From Zootoca vivipara (lineage: Eukaryota), in contig NC_083282.1 of assembly GCF_963506605.1 (NCBI RefSeq), forward strand, positions 34,038,001-34,102,000: DNA of 64,000 nt, given 5' to 3'. Positions 62,152 to 64,000 of this stretch are shown one piece after another. Positions within the stretch are counted from its first letter, which is position 1. The number at the start of each line of letters is the position of its first letter. The notes under the pieces are model-generated. The model had not been told where the DNA came from and ran no database searches. It worked only from the letters and a program-made list of their open reading frames with translations. The position numbers were made by a program, and so were the translations under genes.

Positions 62152-62889
62152 CCAAAACAACCCAGCTACTTTAAAAAGCACTCTGCAGCAAAAAAAGAGA
62201 AAAGAAAATAAAGGGGGGGGGGAGCTACCATTTCTCAATATTCTACCATCAGCTCAACATTACAAGGGGTTTGCCCAGAGGTAGCAAGGAGCTTGGTTCA
62301 ACTGGAACTCTGCATGAATCCTGGGATTGTGTACATTATTTCATTTTGGTTTTGTTCTGAACAAGCATGGTGACACTGCAAGGAAATAGAGGAAGCTACA
62401 GAGGTTCAAGCTGAGGATACTCCCAATAGAGGAAGTCCCTGCGGTTCCTGCCAAATATACTTCCGCATAATAATTGCCTTGCAGGGGAATTTACCTGCAG
62501 TAATGAATATGTGTAATTGATATGTATGAAAGTTCACGCCTAATTAGTCGCCAAAATGTATAGCATATCTAATGGTAGCGGGCAGTTAGTTTCCCTTAGG
62601 CTCCATATTTTGTAAAGACACCATCCTACCCTGGAGAGTAAACTTAGCTATTCGTGGGACAATCCTTAATTTCAAAATAGATGCAGAAGCTGATGTAATA
62701 GTTATTTATGAGGAGGTTTACGAGGGATTCCAAAACTCCTCAACCAGCGTAAGCTAAAACTGTTTTTACACAGCCTAGTGGGTTGCCTATAAAATCTATT
62801 CTGCTTTACCATACGAACAAGTTAGAATGAGGAGCAGCTTGTGTTCATCATGCAGGGCAGTATTTTGTCCCCATTTACCATCTATTCAC

Positions 62890-63241
62890 AGGACATGGGC
62901 GTCGCTGTGGGTTAAACCACAGAGCCTAGGGCTTACTGATCAGAAGGTCGGCGGTTTGAATCCCCGCGACAGGGTGAGCTCCCGTTGCTCGGTCCCTGCT
63001 CCTGCCAACCTAGCAGTTTGAAAGCATGACAAAGTGCAAGTAGATAAATAGGTACCACTCTGGCAGGAAGGTAAACGGTGTTTCCGTGCGCTGCTCTGGT
63101 TCGCCAGAAGTGGCTTAGTCATGCTGGCCACATGACCTGGAAGCTGTACGCCGGCTCCCTCGGCCAATAAAGCAAGATGAGCGCCTCAACCCCCAGAGTC
63201 ATCCGCGACTGGACCTAATGTTCAGGGGTCCCTTTACTTTT
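62890..63241 (+). mobile_element. Sauria SINE, full length
   Basis: Head, core and tail; flanking repeat tttaccatct at 62874-62883 and 63239-63248. Confidence 0.92.
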
Positions 63242-63254
63242 ACCATCTTTACAA

Positions 63255-63350
63255 AATCACTAGGAACCATCACTAGGAAATCTGGTGCGCAATGTCATCA
63301 GTATGTTGACAACACCCAGCTCTATTTTTCTATGAAATCTGAGACAGGCA
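63255..63350 (+). mobile_element. L2 reverse transcriptase remnant
   Basis: KSLGTITRKSGAQCHQYVDNTQLYFS is a degenerate YADD motif region. Confidence 0.7.
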
Positions 63351-64000
63351 AGGCTGTGCCTCAGTGCTCCAAGTGGTTTTTTGACAAGCCCCTTGGATAA
63401 ACCAAATATTCTTTGAAATCTTGCCACCTGGGATTACAAATGCTTCTGAGCTTCTTCCAAAGAAGATGACACAATTCTGAAAATCTAGGAAGACCATAAC
63501 TCAGTTGATGTACATGGCACTTCAGTGGAAGTCTATGAGAAAATCCAACTGCAGAGCAATGTCTTTGCAAAACAACCTGATACCACCAAGCAAAAAGAAG
63601 TTACACTATCAGCCATCACAATTTGATGTAAGAACTACACCTACAGCTGGAGGCAGGATGAAAGCCTTATAGAATCAATAGGAGCCAGCAGAGCTCTGAG
63701 GTCTTGGGAATCAACTATTTCAATTGTCTGATGTTGCAACATCCATGCTGTTAGCTTTGAGTTCCAATAAATTAATATTTAGCCTGGTTCGAATATATTG
63801 TTTTACTTTAATAACCATTTACTCTCTCTTCCACTAATTCTGTTCTCTTTATATATTTTAAAGAGATTTACTTCATTTTGAAATGTTATCCCGAAAGATG
63901 CACTTGTTAACCTGCAGGGTTATTCCTCAATGTTCTAACTTATTGTTAGAATTGACAGAAAAGCCATTCATCATTTCCTCCATGATTCATGAACATACAC

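Noticed and set aside
54600-64000. Long-isoform PDE4B exons (UCR1/LR1)
   Set aside because: No UCR1 or LR1 peptide spotted by eye; these exons presumably lie beyond the window's right edge.

Overview
Vertebrate genomic DNA from a squamate reptile, probably a lacertid lizard judging from the Sauria SINE, Bov-B, Penelope and hAT repeats. Both genes are on the minus strand. (1) The 3' half of PDE4B (cAMP phosphodiesterase 4B) spans about 29400-54800. It includes the short-isoform (PDE4B2-type) first exon, a 16-codon super-short (PDE4B5-type) first exon that the ORF track misses, nine shared exons with canonical GT-AG boundaries, and a 3'UTR of about 1.8 kb. The spliced products are 564/565 aa (short) and 502 aa (super-short). 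(2) About 29 kb downstream, the promoter and 10-nt first coding exon of SGIP1 (GCCACC-ATG-ATG-GAA-G|gt) lie at 305-314, matching the mammalian PDE4B-SGIP1 gene order. The rest is intron or intergenic DNA rich in transposons: Sauria SINEs, L2/CR1/Bov-B fragments, hAT and pogo/Tigger MITEs, a decayed Gypsy provirus with nested insertions, solo LTRs and Penelope hairpins. Most ORF-track entries are spurious. The most interesting signals are minimal hammerhead-ribozyme motifs inside two Penelope inverted repeats, a ~29-nt-period array of covarying hairpins at 57256-57410, and CRE/NF-kB/PU.1 motif clusters around the internal PDE4B promoters. I cannot claim a definitively new system. The hairpin array is the best unexplained candidate. 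Repeat family names come from recalled similarity, not database searches.
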